Shown here: one piece after another, positions 31,931 to 43,932 of the stretch
How positions within the stretch are numbered: the first letter of the stretch is position 1
Layout: each line of letters begins with the position of its first letter
From: Blepharisma stoltei ATCC 30299
Taxonomy: Eukaryota; Protista; Ciliophora
Assembly: GCA_965603825.1 (NCBI GenBank)
Contig: CBFDEM010000002.1
Location: 248,001-312,000, forward strand
Reading direction: 5' to 3'
DNA: 64,000 bases
The notes under the pieces: model-generated
Seen by the model: only the letters and a program-made list of their open reading frames with translations
The model's database searches: none
Told to the model about the DNA's origin: nothing
Made by a program: the position numbers and the translations under genes

Positions 31931-34233
31931 ATGGATAAGAAAGAGGCTAAAGTAAAACTTATATATAGGAAATTTTGAGTATCATAGATTGGATAAACTC
32001 ACAAGATATCCCTGGTTGTGCATTGGTGGATACTTTAGATGATTTAAAATCAGGAATTATTGTTGGAGATATTGTGGCTGCTATGACAGGTAGAAACCAT
32101 CTAAAAGATGTACAAAGAAGAGTGAGCTCGAAAAATGATGCTTTAAACAATTGAAGTATTATCATTAAAGAGCTTAGCACAATATCTTCAAGAGTAGGGA
32201 ATTTAAATGCAGAAGATATTTTCGATGTAAATTTTATTTAGAACCCAGAATCCCTGAAGCATATCATGAAAATTATTATAAACACAAATTGGCAGGTGCA
32301 TGCAAAAGCTATTCTAAAATCAGAATCAGAATCACAGCAGGAAAAGATTCTCAATAAACAAGAAGCAGTTGCCACACAGAATCATACTGAAACTCATGAG
32401 CTAACTGAAAGCTCGCTGCCATCCAAAGCTTCATTCATAAAACAAGTGCAAAAAGAAGCAGAACAAAACGATGGCACAGCTGAGACTTTTGTCCAAGAAA
32501 TTTCCTCTGCTGATATATTCAAATCCTTTCAAAAGCACAGTTTGAATGAGACTTCAAATTTGACTGAGTCTCAAAAGTCTTCTATTATCCCAAAAAATAA
32601 GCTAATACAGCTTTCAGATATCCAGAAAGCAAATATTATCAGCTGAATTGAAGAATTAAGGATTGTGAAAAAAGGATTCCTTGACATTAGCATTTTACCA
32701 GAGATATGTAGGACTGGAGTAATATTATGTGATATAATAAACAGAAATGAAGGGAAGCAAGAAGCGATAAAAGGAATTGAGAGGCATCCAAGAAATAAAG
32801 CACAAGTTACATCAAATATATCGAAGGTGCTTGAATACTTAAGAAGCTTTCCAAGAATGAGTGCAAAGTTTTTATGGTCGAATGAAAGCATCATCAATGG
32901 AGATGAAATTGCGACTTGGGGAATTTTAGAAGATATTAAAAACTTTTATTGTGCTTCAAGAAAAACCAGCAGAAGCTCCTCTAGGACTTTTTCAAAACTA
33001 CTGGAGCCACCAAAACAAGAAGAAACCACCAGCTGCAGCGTATACAACCTTATCCCAGAGCTAAAAGTCGAGTCTATTATGCAAACTTCAAATATGAAAA
33101 GTTTTCACAAATCAAGATCATACGCTGCTTCAGCAAGATCTAAATCTACCTCCCCTGAAATAGTTTCTAGTCGGTTGTCTTACTCATTCAAGAATCCTAA
33201 TATCATACAAATGACCAGGAAAAGTTTTGCTTATAATAAAAACTTTCAAGTCTCTGAAGAGGTTATATCAAAGGTAAAAGAGTGACTTATGGCACTAAAT
33301 CTCGATTTTGAAGAAAGTGATAATATTTATATTGATACTATCAGAAATGGTGTAACATTTTGCCAGCTGCTATATGTTGTAGAAGGAGTTAAAATTATAA
33401 TAAAACAGAGCCCAAGCAATACTAGGATGGTAATTGAAAATTTTTACAATGTGCTGAATGTTTTTATCAGCAAAGGAAAAGAAATTCCAAAAGCAATTAG
33501 AGAAAATCCTCAGATTTTAGCATATGATCCAAATGCTGTATGAACATTATTTGCTGCTGTCATGTCATGCTATCCTACTGCGCGACCACTTGAATATCAA
33601 AATAGTCCATTACAATATGGCGCTATTGCCATCAAAAAACTTGAAGCATCTATTTTAGAATGATTAAGAGAGCTAAAAGTCCTCCCTTACCCATCATGCT
33701 CAATAAGGGACGTCATGCAACTACTGAAAAAAGGTAAAATTTTCTGTGAAATCGCATCTTTAATGACCTCAAAACAATTATCAAATGTTATCGCCAATCC
33801 AAAAACAAGTCAATCGTCACTAAGCAATATCCGAAAGGCATTAGATGTCTTTAGGAGGCTTCCTAACATGTCGCAAAGATATACATGAAACGAAAAAGAA
33901 ATCGCAAGCGGCAATCAAGGAATCATTTTAGGCTTGCTTGAAGATATTCATATGTGCTATGATGGACAGTCAGCCAGAAAGAAAAGCCAGTCCAGCTCAG
34001 TGCCCTACATTGGCAAATCATCAGAGACTCGCCCTTTGAGTAATAAAAAAATTTCATTCCTTCTCAGAATTCCTAAAACTCAGGAAACTACTCCATTAGA
34101 TTCGCCAAGGCGTGGATTCCAAACAAATAGGATGGACCTGAGCTCAAGCAGAAGAGGAATCTTAACTAAAAGCTATACAGAGCGAGGGACTGATGAAAAC
34201 AGTAATAATCTATTTAAATCTAAGTTAAATTAA
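31931..34233 (+). CDS. Protein with four calponin-homology (CH)-like domains, ~756 aa
   Basis: Four repeats of W(I/L)...(L/C)(K/R)xG...C(D/E/Q), e.g. IDWIN..DLKSG, ISWIEE..CRTGVILCDII, KEWLM..IRNGVTFCQLL, LEWLRE..LKKGKIFCEI; 6 TGA=Trp, 2 introns. Confidence 0.82.
31952..31968 (+). other. 17-nt intron
   Basis: GTAAAACTTATATATAG; needed to connect ATG 31931 to the CH frame. Confidence 0.72.
32227..32241 (+). other. 15-nt intron
   Basis: GTAAATTTTATTTAG; removes an in-frame TAG. Confidence 0.9.
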
Positions 34234-35009
34234 GCGAAAGTGACTGCAGATTGGTTTCTTCTGATTTTCCAGATCTCAGCCATCCCTCTTGACACCTTTG
34301 TCTGTTGCAGAGCTTCCTTTTCTACCTTATGATCGCTTGGTTTTCCAGAAACTCCAGTGTCTCTATATTGCAGAGCATAATTATACTGCAAAAGAGAGCC
34401 TGCATTATCAGGTCTGTCTAAGACAACCTTTTTCTTAGGCTTTTCTTGTTGTGCAGCCCCTGCTCTATCGTCAAATATATTACTTCTCATTTTTTCGTAA
34501 TACAATGATTTCCTTGTAGGTGTTTCTTCAATAGGTTTTTTGTCTTGGGACAATAATTCTCCTAGTGAAGATTGTGGCTGTCCTTTGCCTCTAACTTTGG
34601 GCTGTTGCACTTCTAAATCAGCTGAATCTTGAGTGATAGGATTTCTCTCTGGAGGCTGGTAAACTGATTTTTTCAGCGAAATCGGCTGCTCATAAGTTTC
34701 ACTTGTCTGTTGAGGTATAACTTTTCGCGATGGCACAAAGTCACCTGGAGTTTCATAAGAAAATGCAAAGGAGTCCCACTGCTTGTTAGAATAAGAAGCG
34801 CGAGCAATCCCTCGAGGTCTGTCACTTAGTTGCTTAGAAGCTTCCATATATGAAGGAACCGACGATCTAGATTTAGATGCAGGTGCTTCATCAAGCGTGT
34901 CAGGCACCAATGGGTTGCGATATGGCTGATTGTTATCTCGAGGTTTTGGAGGAGAAGAGAGCATCGTGTGCATCTCTTTATAAAGGTTTAGTTGGTATAT
35001 GTCGCTCAT
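34230..35009 (-). CDS. Disordered Pro/Gln/Ser-rich hypothetical protein, 259 aa
   Basis: Intact ORF with short motifs ERNPIT and RSNIFD; N-terminus is paralogous to that of the gene starting at 39198. Confidence 0.8.
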   Translation of the reverse strand: MSDIYQLNLYKEMHTMLSSPPKPRDNNQPYRNPLVPDTLDEAPASKSRSSVPSYMEASKQLSDRPRGIARASYSNKQWDSFAFSYETPGDFVPSRKVIPQQTSETYEQPISLKKSVYQPPERNPITQDSADLEVQQPKVRGKGQPQSSLGELLSQDKKPIEETPTRKSLYYEKMRSNIFDDRAGAAQQEKPKKKVVLDRPDNAGSLLQYNYALQYRDTGVSGKPSDHKVEKEALQQTKVSRGMAEIWKIRRNQSAVTFA

Positions 35010-35019
35010 ATTAAGATTA

Positions 35020-38000
35020 TTATTTATTAGTAGAAAATGTCATAGATTTTGAAGGAAGTTCATTGAGAAGCTGGAGAATTGCGGATGAAACCATTTTTTT
35101 CGACCTTTCGTGGGTGACCCATTTGGTGGATTTTACTAGTGTCCCGTCCCAGCGGTATGCGCTGTCTGGAACTGGCCTGAGGTTATATTTCAAAAATGGG
35201 GGTGGGTTTGCCCATCTTGCTTGCTGCGCAGAAAGTCCTCTGCCTATGGTTGATATGAGTTCTTGGGAAACTTTGGGAAACTTATTTTGGATTAGGATAT
35301 CTGGATAATCAGGATGTGAAAGATTTTTTTCATACTCTTCAAGGCCAAAGTGTCTGAAATATCTCTGATTGTCAATTTTATTTTGCCCTGGATAAGGCCC
35401 TTCTGGAGGTACATAAGTGATATCAATTTTATATAGGTTTTCTAAGTGTAGAGTAAGCTCATAGTCTAATCGTTCAGCTTCATAAGTGACGAATTTTACT
35501 TCTTCTGTAGCTTTGCTGACTATATCTTTAAATGCTCCTCTGCCTGTTCTTATTGAATTGTCTCTTGAGGCAATTATTTGTCTTCTTCGGTCATCTAGCT
35601 CTCTCATTGCAAGAGAGGTTTTCCAAGCCTGTCAAAAGCTGAATAAGAAGTATTCCATCTTTAAAAGGGATATCCCTTTAATCCCTACATCTCCTTGGTA
35701 ATTTTTAATAAAGCCATCGTGAAGTGACTCAAGCATCGCATCATATTCATCCGCATTCATACATAATAAAAGCAGCTGCCTATCTAATTTTTTCAAATAA
35801 AGATTTAGAAGCCAAATTATATTTGCTGCCATATGTCTTTTATGGTATTTTGCAGGCTGAACATCTACGAGAGCAATCTCCTTTAAGTCAATTTTAGCTG
35901 TATCTTGTCCACGAAGCTCAGCTAAAAGGCTTCTTTGCTGGTCAATATTTTTCCCAATATTTTTCGCAAGATCTCTAGCTTCTTTTTGATGAGAAAAAAT
36001 TCTGAGATTTATATAGTCCACAATTTCAGGAACCAAAGCTACGTTAGACATTGCTCGTGATTCTTGGAATGCAAAACTTTCTAAAATCTCAATAAGCGTT
36101 TTTTCAATGCTTTGGGCTTTATTTGCAGGGATATAATTTTCCCAGCCAATTTTTAAGTCATTTAAGGCATTCATATACTTTTGCCTTTCTAGCTCCCAAA
36201 AGGTAATGTCATCTAAAATCCCTAAGATTGCACCTTTCCCGTCCCAATATAAAGGTCCACAGTCTTCTACTATGTCACAGCGAATGTTTTCTATTTTTTC
36301 TGCTAATAGAGCAAGATTTCTGCCCCACATAAATACAGATATAGATCCCCTTGGCTGGTCAAGTAGCGCCGCATTTTTTGCTCTTTCCCGATCTCTGTTT
36401 TTCTTCATTACTTCAGAGACTTCATATAAAAAGACATCACCTTTATACTGCTCATTAGTGAAAACGCGAGAAACTTCAATTTCGGGGTCATTTGGTTCAA
36501 TTATATATTGAAAATAGCTTGGCACAATCTCAGGATCCATTTTTCTGATTTGTTTATAGTATCATTTCGTAATTTCATATTCATTTATCAAAGAAAGCCG
36601 GTCTTCAAGAGAGTCTTTTCCTTCAAGTGAGCCAATTCTTCTAATCCTCACTTCGGAAAAACCTATTTTTGACTTCATTTTGTATGAAGTGTGTGGAAAG
36701 TCACATGTAATTAAAACTGGCTGGATCGTCTCAATTATAGGTTCTTCTCCAATTGTCGTCAAACAACAATATCTTAGTACCTCATTTTTTACATTATCTG
36801 GAGCTTGAAGTAGGATTTCTCCTGAAAATGAAGCGAGGTTAGGACAAATCATCCTGATGATATCTTGCTTGTTTTGTGAGCCAATCACCATCTCAAAAAG
36901 ACTATTTAAGTGCTGAGGGCCTAAAGGCTGAGAAACCAAGGCTTTATAATCCAAAGCAGAAATGACTTCTTCGAATGCTGCTTTTTTAGTTATAAATAAA
37001 TATTGGCTGGCTTCAGATACCACATGGTATTTTATGATACTAAACTGCATATCTTTGATTAGCTCTAGAGCGTCCTCTTTTAATGTAAGAGCTTCTGGCT
37101 TGAAGCTTACAACCAGCTCTGAGTAGTTTTGGAGATCAGGGAAAAAACAATCAATTTGAGATTCAGCTGCTTCTATAGACTCACTGCATTCTGCGAGAAC
37201 ATTGAAAGAACGTGAAAACTCTCTCATTCTTTCTATTTCGCTCGCTCGTTTATAAAAGTTTGGCCGATCAGACATAAATTCATTTCCACTAATTTCTGTT
37301 TCAGCTATTGCATCGAGATCTATCAACTCATTGATACTAGAAAAGGGCCACATATTAAAAAGGCCACTTTCTCCATTACTTGGAACTGTGATGATGTCTT
37401 CTCTTATAAACCTGTTTTCTTGGACTTTTTCAAAGCCTTCTTCCTCTTCCAGCTTGATATGAAAAGGGTTTATCAGTTCTTTTTCTCTCCAAAAGCTGAG
37501 TTTTTCAACTCCTAGCAAGCGTTTTTCTGATCTTTTTCTACCAAATCTACAGCCATCTGAAAGAATTTTAGCATTTTCTATAGCACCAAATTTCGACATG
37601 GCCACTATGTGAGTTTCTCCTTCCAGCATATAATTAAGATAATCCTGTTCAGACTCAGGGGTCATGCTTATCGTGCTTCTTTTTAACAGCATTGCTTCTT
37701 CAATTGTTAATTTTTTATAGGTTTCTCTTAATATGACAAAATAATTACTTTTGAAAATGCTGATTAGTACTTTGTCAAGACCTGATCGAACTGCTAAAGG
37801 CCGAAATGCAATAATGGTTCTAGATGTAGATGATAGCTGAGGGAAAAAATATTTATATAGCTCATAAGCTTCTTTTTCTGAAGTAAATCAAAATGATTCG
37901 GTAGAAAAAGGGTTCATTGAAAGCAGAAATGGTACACCAGCTTTGCCAGCAGCAATCCCAAATAATTTCGAATCAGTATTACTCGACAGCAAATACCTCA

Positions 38001-39198
38001 TAAATGCATTTACCTTTGGTTTTTCCATGATTTTTGCTAGAACTTGCTCCATAGCTTGATTTTCTGTTTTTTTACAGACGCTAGAAATAGCAACATGCCC
38101 ATTAAACGAAAGTATGTCAATTAATTTTTCAAGGTTCTGTTCATTTGGGTTTCCATTCTCATCTCCATATGATTTTCCTTTCAAAATATTGCTTTGCTTT
38201 TGAAAAAAGGCTAAAATAGGGTCTAAATCTTCAACTTCTTGTGCTTTTTCTTCTCCAGGAATCATCAAAATGCAAGAATGCTTAACTGCAAACACTTCTG
38301 GGAAAAACAGACAAGTATCTGTTAATCCTTGCACTGAATTTTTGCTTGCATAAACCAGTTTAAATGCTTTAGGTATCAGCTCTGCAGCTGCTTTCATGAA
38401 TTTATTGAACTGTACTTGGCTATTTACATAAGAAGTTGATGATATGCAGAGTAAAAGGTAAGGATCATTTAATTTGTCATTCAATACAGTAGCTCTTGTT
38501 TTATTAAGATTTTGCAACATTGACGAGTTCCGGGTTAGAGTACTTGTAAGCATACTTTGAAGTGGCTGAAAAGCTTGAGTCACAGGCCTTGAGCCATATA
38601 AATTTATTTGCTGAAATTCTTCTTGCAGAAGGACTTTCACGCATCTTGAAATAACCCGGAAACCTCCATACTGCAGAATAAGAAACAAATCTTCCTCCTG
38701 GTCTTCTAATACCTGCCTTTGTTCGTCTAGAAGTGAATAATTCAGCTCAAAAACTGCAACTATCCCTTGATAATTCAAGTGGTCTTCTTTTAATAAATAT
38801 TTGCGAAGGCCTTCTTTCAAATAATTAGGGAAAACTAAAGGTTTGCGATTTTCTGAAATTTGTGACATTAAATTCCATTCTTGAGGCTGGAGAATTGATT
38901 TTTTTGACTCTTCTTGTATTGGGTTTTGAGGTATCCAAGTTTTTGATTGTGTGGAGCTTTGAAGAGAATTAGGCGCTTCTAATTGTTTATTAGAGAAAGA
39001 ATTAAGCCTATGGGGTCTTTCATTGAGTTGTCTTGAGAGTTCCATATAATCAGGAACTGATGATTTAAATTTGTATGGTGCCTCTTCTTCAATGGTTCCA
39101 GGAATTGAAAGTAGAGTTTGTTCCTCAGGTTTAGAAGGAGAGTTAAGCATTTTCTTTATTTCAGCAGAAAGATCTTGTTCGCGTGTGCTTTTCATCAA
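35020..39198 (-). CDS. Large (~1392 aa) protein with about four degenerate nucleoside-diphosphate-kinase-like repeats
   Basis: Four ORFs join in one frame via TGA at 37888, 36562 and 35632. NDK-like starts RTIIAFRPLAV, LVVSFKPEA; NDK-like ends YASKNS..TCLFFP, SEKEA..YFFP, ECSESIEAAESQIDCFFP. Confidence 0.78.
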
Positions 39199-39320
39199 AA
39201 TTATTTTATTAATTATAGCTACCGGGCAATGATGAATTCGAGAGAGTGCATTTTTATTCTACTTAAAAGTTATTGCAGATTTATCAAAGGATTAAATTAA
39301 TAATGATACTTATAAACTCT

Positions 39321-40568
39321 TTAATTATCTATTCTATTCAATTCACACTCTGCAACAGCTTTGAAAAAATAATCTGGGTCAATTATTGCTTTATATGGAT
39401 CGCACCTAAAAATGAACTTATTGATTACCTTTTCAAACGGAAGCGATTCTCTATTTTCTATATTTCGAACATCCAGGATGCTTTCAGAGTCATTTCCGAT
39501 TTTATCATCAAAAAATATTTGATGGACCGAGGTTATTGTTTCATCAATTAAAAAGAGCTTTCCGCATTTAGGGTCTTTTTGGTTTTGCTTTCAATATGAG
39601 TAATCATCAATAAAAGCAAAAGATGAAGACTCATTAATTTTATTAAATAGCATATTGTATGAATTTGATGAATTGCCAATGATCTCGAAGCTGATATTAT
39701 TTCCTGAAATTGATGGCTCAGAGATTGATTGGCCAAGAGAACCTATTAAAACTCTGCAATCAGTTTCTGAGTTCCTTTTTATGCATCCTATATTATTGTT
39801 GTTGATAGTCAAATTTCTTGTTCCTAATTCTCCATTCGATATAAATTTTTCTGTTTTATTTTTTCCATTATATAATGGATGCTTTCCATTGCAAAATAAA
39901 TTAAATTCATTGATTACCTCTTCCATATCATTTCCAAAAGTGCGAAAAACTATAGAAAATTCCCTTTGACATGCACTCAATGATCTGATCAAATTAAAAA
40001 AAGAAGGAATTAAGAAATAGTTTCCTTCTCTGAATAGTCTCTTTACAAGTTCTTTGTCATTTCTTGACATATCTCTATCATCTATTTCTTGATTGTTATT
40101 ATAATCAATTCCAAGATGATAAACCCTCCGAATATCTTCAGGAATGGTCAAGCACGATTTCATATTTTCATAAAATTGTCTAAATATTTCTCCTGAGTGT
40201 CCAGGCAAGATAAATTGTTCGATTAAATTGAGATATACCTGGACTTGATTATTATTTCATGACTTGCGAAGCTCGATATTCGGCTCTTCTTTTTCAGTTA
40301 TAAAAGGAGTAGCTCTGTCAGCAAATTCTCTAGCTATCCTTTACTCATATGAAATCATGCTATCATCAGGTCTAGATAAAAATGGTTCTGTCACAGCAAA
40401 ATTCCACACCCCATTTTCAGCAATTCCTCAGCACTGAGTGGCTAAAATTCTTTTTATCTGCATAAAGAATACTGAAAAATCAAATGAATATCCTTGTGCA
40501 TCATCCTTCATAATAATGGTATTGTTTATATCCATATGAAGTATCAGTTTCGGCTTCTGAAATTCCAT
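39321..40568 (-). CDS. Uncharacterised HAD-superfamily-like protein, ~405 aa
   Basis: LILHMDINNTI (motif I variant), IVFRTFG, CGK, QIFFDD; 3 TGA=Trp; introns 40458-40472 and 40330-40344; TAA at 39321. Confidence 0.8.
40330..40344 (-). other. 15-nt intron
   Basis: GTAAAGGATAGCTAG; removes an in-frame TAA. Confidence 0.88.
40458..40472 (-). other. Probable 15-nt intron, in frame and stop-less
   Basis: GTATTCTTTATGCAG with A at position 10; would add VFFMQ if retained. Confidence 0.6.
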
Positions 40569-40596
40569 TTTATTTTACAGTTATATTAGCATAAAT

Positions 40597-41334
40597 TTAA
40601 AGAAATTCGGTGCTCATTTTTACATCAATTGTCTTCTTCGGAATAAATTTGGTTTCTATTGATATAATTGGCTTATCTATATCTGAATACTTTTCGAAAG
40701 TCGAAGTTTCTGCTGACTTGTTTGGTTTAGGAGCTAGTTCTGGATATTTAGAGTGGAATTTTGACGATGTTGATACAACTGAAGGTGGGTCTAGCTTTTG
40801 ATCAATTGCTGCAAACGGTGACGGACTTCTCTTAATCATCTTATAAGAGAAAAACCTTCTTTTCGAGCTCCTTTCGATTTTCTGCATTTTTGGCTTGTCT
40901 TCGCTTAAAATTAAATTTGTTTTCTGTATTATTTTTGCTCAAGAGGAGTCAAATGATTTCATTCTTTTGACTGAGTCTTGGCTTGGCTTTGATTTAATGC
41001 TTCTAAAGCTACATTGCATGCTTTGCAAATCCTTTCTTTCTGAGCTCAGCATCCCTCTAATAGTGAACTTCCCATCACTATGCTTAAGTGTGCTATCGTG
41101 AGCATGGTTTTCATAAACATTTTTTCATTGTCCTTTAAATTTCAAACTTCCGTCAGCTATTGAAAAAGACTTATTTGTGGGTATTTGACTACTTGCATAA
41201 TTTTCTATGTATGGGAAGTATTCTTTCTGAGTCTTCGCTCTTGTTTGAGACGTCCTTTGGGATTGAATTTTTTTAATGATGAGAGGGACATCAAGTTTTG
41301 GATTTATAATGTCGGCCCTTACACACTTGTCCAT
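40597..41334 (-). CDS. Basic Ser/Lys-rich hypothetical protein, 245 aa
   Basis: ORFs 41125..41334 and 40597..40887 join via two TGA=Trp. Confidence 0.72.
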
Positions 41335-41733
41335 TATTTATAGCAATTTGTTTAATATGCTAGTTGATAAAGAGAATAAATTTGAAATATTGAAATTAAT
41401 TAATAGTAAGGATCTGCTTCAGAACCTATTAATCATCTGATGTTTGGCTTGTCGCTTTATATATATTCAAGTTAGAAATTAAATTTATAAATTTATTATA
41501 GTATGTTAGGCAAATTAAGGCTACACTAAATGCCTATCCTGCTTGACTTTGAAATAAATGCATTTTTATAATTCTAATTGGCGCAGACACATATGATTTA
41601 CATCTTAAAGCCTGTTTTAAGGATATAGTCTTTTTTAGGTTTCGTTATACAGACATTTATCTATCCATTTAGTTTCTCAGGAGGAAGGTGCCTGTAATTT
41701 ACTCATAAAGTAACATCACATTTTATTTTAAAT

Positions 41734-43932
41734 TTATGTAGAAGGACTTTCAACATAAGAAGGGCTTCTTGCTACCTTGAGATCTGGCAAATTTTCTGAC
41801 TTTCTCGTCGACCTTCTAGTAAGTGCTTCTTGCTCCTTTGACTCTAACAACTTAACAAGATAACTCTCTAACTCAGCAATCTTCTTATTGTTCGCTATTA
41901 ACTGCTCTTTCATGCTGGCAAGTTCTTTATTCTGCATTTGCTCACTCTGCTTATATAGCTCCTCTTTATCATCTTTTTCATAGTTAATTTCCTGTAGCTC
42001 TTTTTTTATAAGCTCTTTAAAATCATTTGTGCTAATTTTTTTTATAGTCCCACTTCTATTAGTCTTTACCAGAACCCTCATTTCTGCCAATGAAAATTTA
42101 ACCCTTTCATTTCTTTCTTCGGCAATTTGTTCCATTTCTTTCCAAATATTTGGAAACTCAATTTGTATTTTTTCGCAGATCTAAATAAAATTTACTCTTT
42201 GGGTCATTATTAATAAATGTACATTTGATGCTGCTAAAATATTGTATTTTCTTGTTGTTCCTTTAATAACTTCATAATCTCCAAAGTATTGTCCTTCAGG
42301 CAGGATTCTAAAAACAGTATTTTCTTCTCCAAATACATAATGTACTTTACCTCTGGCAAGAAACATAATATTATGTGACAATTCTCCTATCCCAAAAATA
42401 AGCTCGTGCTTAGGGATAAAACTTGCCTGCATATATGGGAAAACAGAAGCAATGAACTGCGAATCTTTATCACCAAAAAATGGAAACTTGCGCAGCGCTC
42501 CATGATGCATGTCCTCAGCGATTTCAAACCTCAATTGTTTAGGAAAATCATCCAGCATATCTTCTCTATCCTCTAAAGAAAACGTAGTTTTCTCAGCAGC
42601 TACTCTGATGCTTTTTTGCATTTTCCCTTTTATATCTTTGGGCAGCACAGCTTCTTTTATGTATTCCTCTGCAATTGCCATTTTTTGGTCAATAATATTT
42701 CTCTTGGTATCGGACTGTGCAAACATAGAAGAAAGGCTGCTGATAGTAAACGATAAAAAATAAATTCCTGTTATCATCCAGCAAATTGCTACAAGCTTTT
42801 CATATGTTGTGAATGCGTTTATATCACCATATCCTACAGTTGTTAAGGTAGTTAAGGCCCAATAGATTGAGGCTAAATAGCATGAAAAAGTACTCATATC
42901 AATGTAGCCAAGTCTGACGACCCATGTATTTGGATTAAAGTTGTCTAGTTTAGCAGTTAAAAAGAAGAGACAGCCAGATATGTGTAGACTAATAAGAATT
43001 GCTGATACCGCACTCAGCATCCTTACAAACCCATGATTCACATTTAAAAATATTTGAAGTTGATCTAAAAATCCGCTTCCTTTATTAGTTCTTGCAAGCT
43101 TAAGTATTCTAGACAGCCTAAACAGCCTTGGAACATATCTCAGCCTCAGAAGCCTCGCCAAAGTGTTATAATTTCTCAAGTTGATACTGACAGCCATCAA
43201 CTCTTCAATCATCTCAAACGGCATGCTTGAGAAAGCATCTACAACTAGCCACCCACAAGCATAATTTAAAAATATTTTCTTCCTTTCTGTTATCAAAGTC
43301 CCATTTTTATCATAATAAGCTGTATTCAGATTGAGAATAATATCTAATATAAAAAATATATCCTGGACAAAATCCAGCCAAAACCAGACGTCAAATGGCT
43401 CAGCGCTCATAAAAGCTAGAACAAAAGGTGTACAAGTGGCTGTATATAGCAATAAAAACCCAATCAGCACATTTCACATTGAACGGAAACAGAGATTCGG
43501 ATGAAAAATCAAAAATGGTAACTCTACATTGTCCTTGTCGAGGATTCCTTTTATCATATACGATGCTTTTAGCTGAAAATATTTGTCTAGCTGGCTGCTT
43601 TCCATTGTGTACTCTGTAAAGACGCCTTGGTTTGGCCCAAAGAGCTTGATATCATTGATCATCTTTTTCATTCGAAGGTTCATGATGATTTTGTTTTTGG
43701 CTCTTTGCCAGATCGCAGCGTATTTTAAAATTTTACCATCAATAGAAGTCATGTAAATAAGGGGCTCAGGAGTGTTGAGGTAGGTAGGCTTGCGAGTTGT
43801 GACGATACTATCAAAGTTAGATTCTGTGTGTGAACGCGTGAAGATAGGTGACACGAATGGAGAATTCTTCTGGGTCGTTTGCCTTTTTTTAAGAAGGCTT
43901 ATGATGCTTTGTTTAGGATTTGGCATTTTCAT
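41734..43932 (-). CDS. EAG/CNG-like K+ channel with cyclic-nucleotide-binding domain, ~727 aa
   Basis: S4 RLLRLRYVPRLFRL, pore TTVGYGD, CNBD GQYFGDYE; TGA 43474 and intron 42181-42195 join three ORFs. Confidence 0.93.
42181..42195 (-). other. 15-nt intron
   Basis: GTAAATTTTATTTAG; removes an in-frame TAG. Confidence 0.9.

Noticed and set aside
32227-42195. Two identical introns (GTAAATTTTATTTAG) as a mobile intron family
   Set aside because: This is close to the AT-rich consensus of a 15-mer, so identity is plausible by chance.
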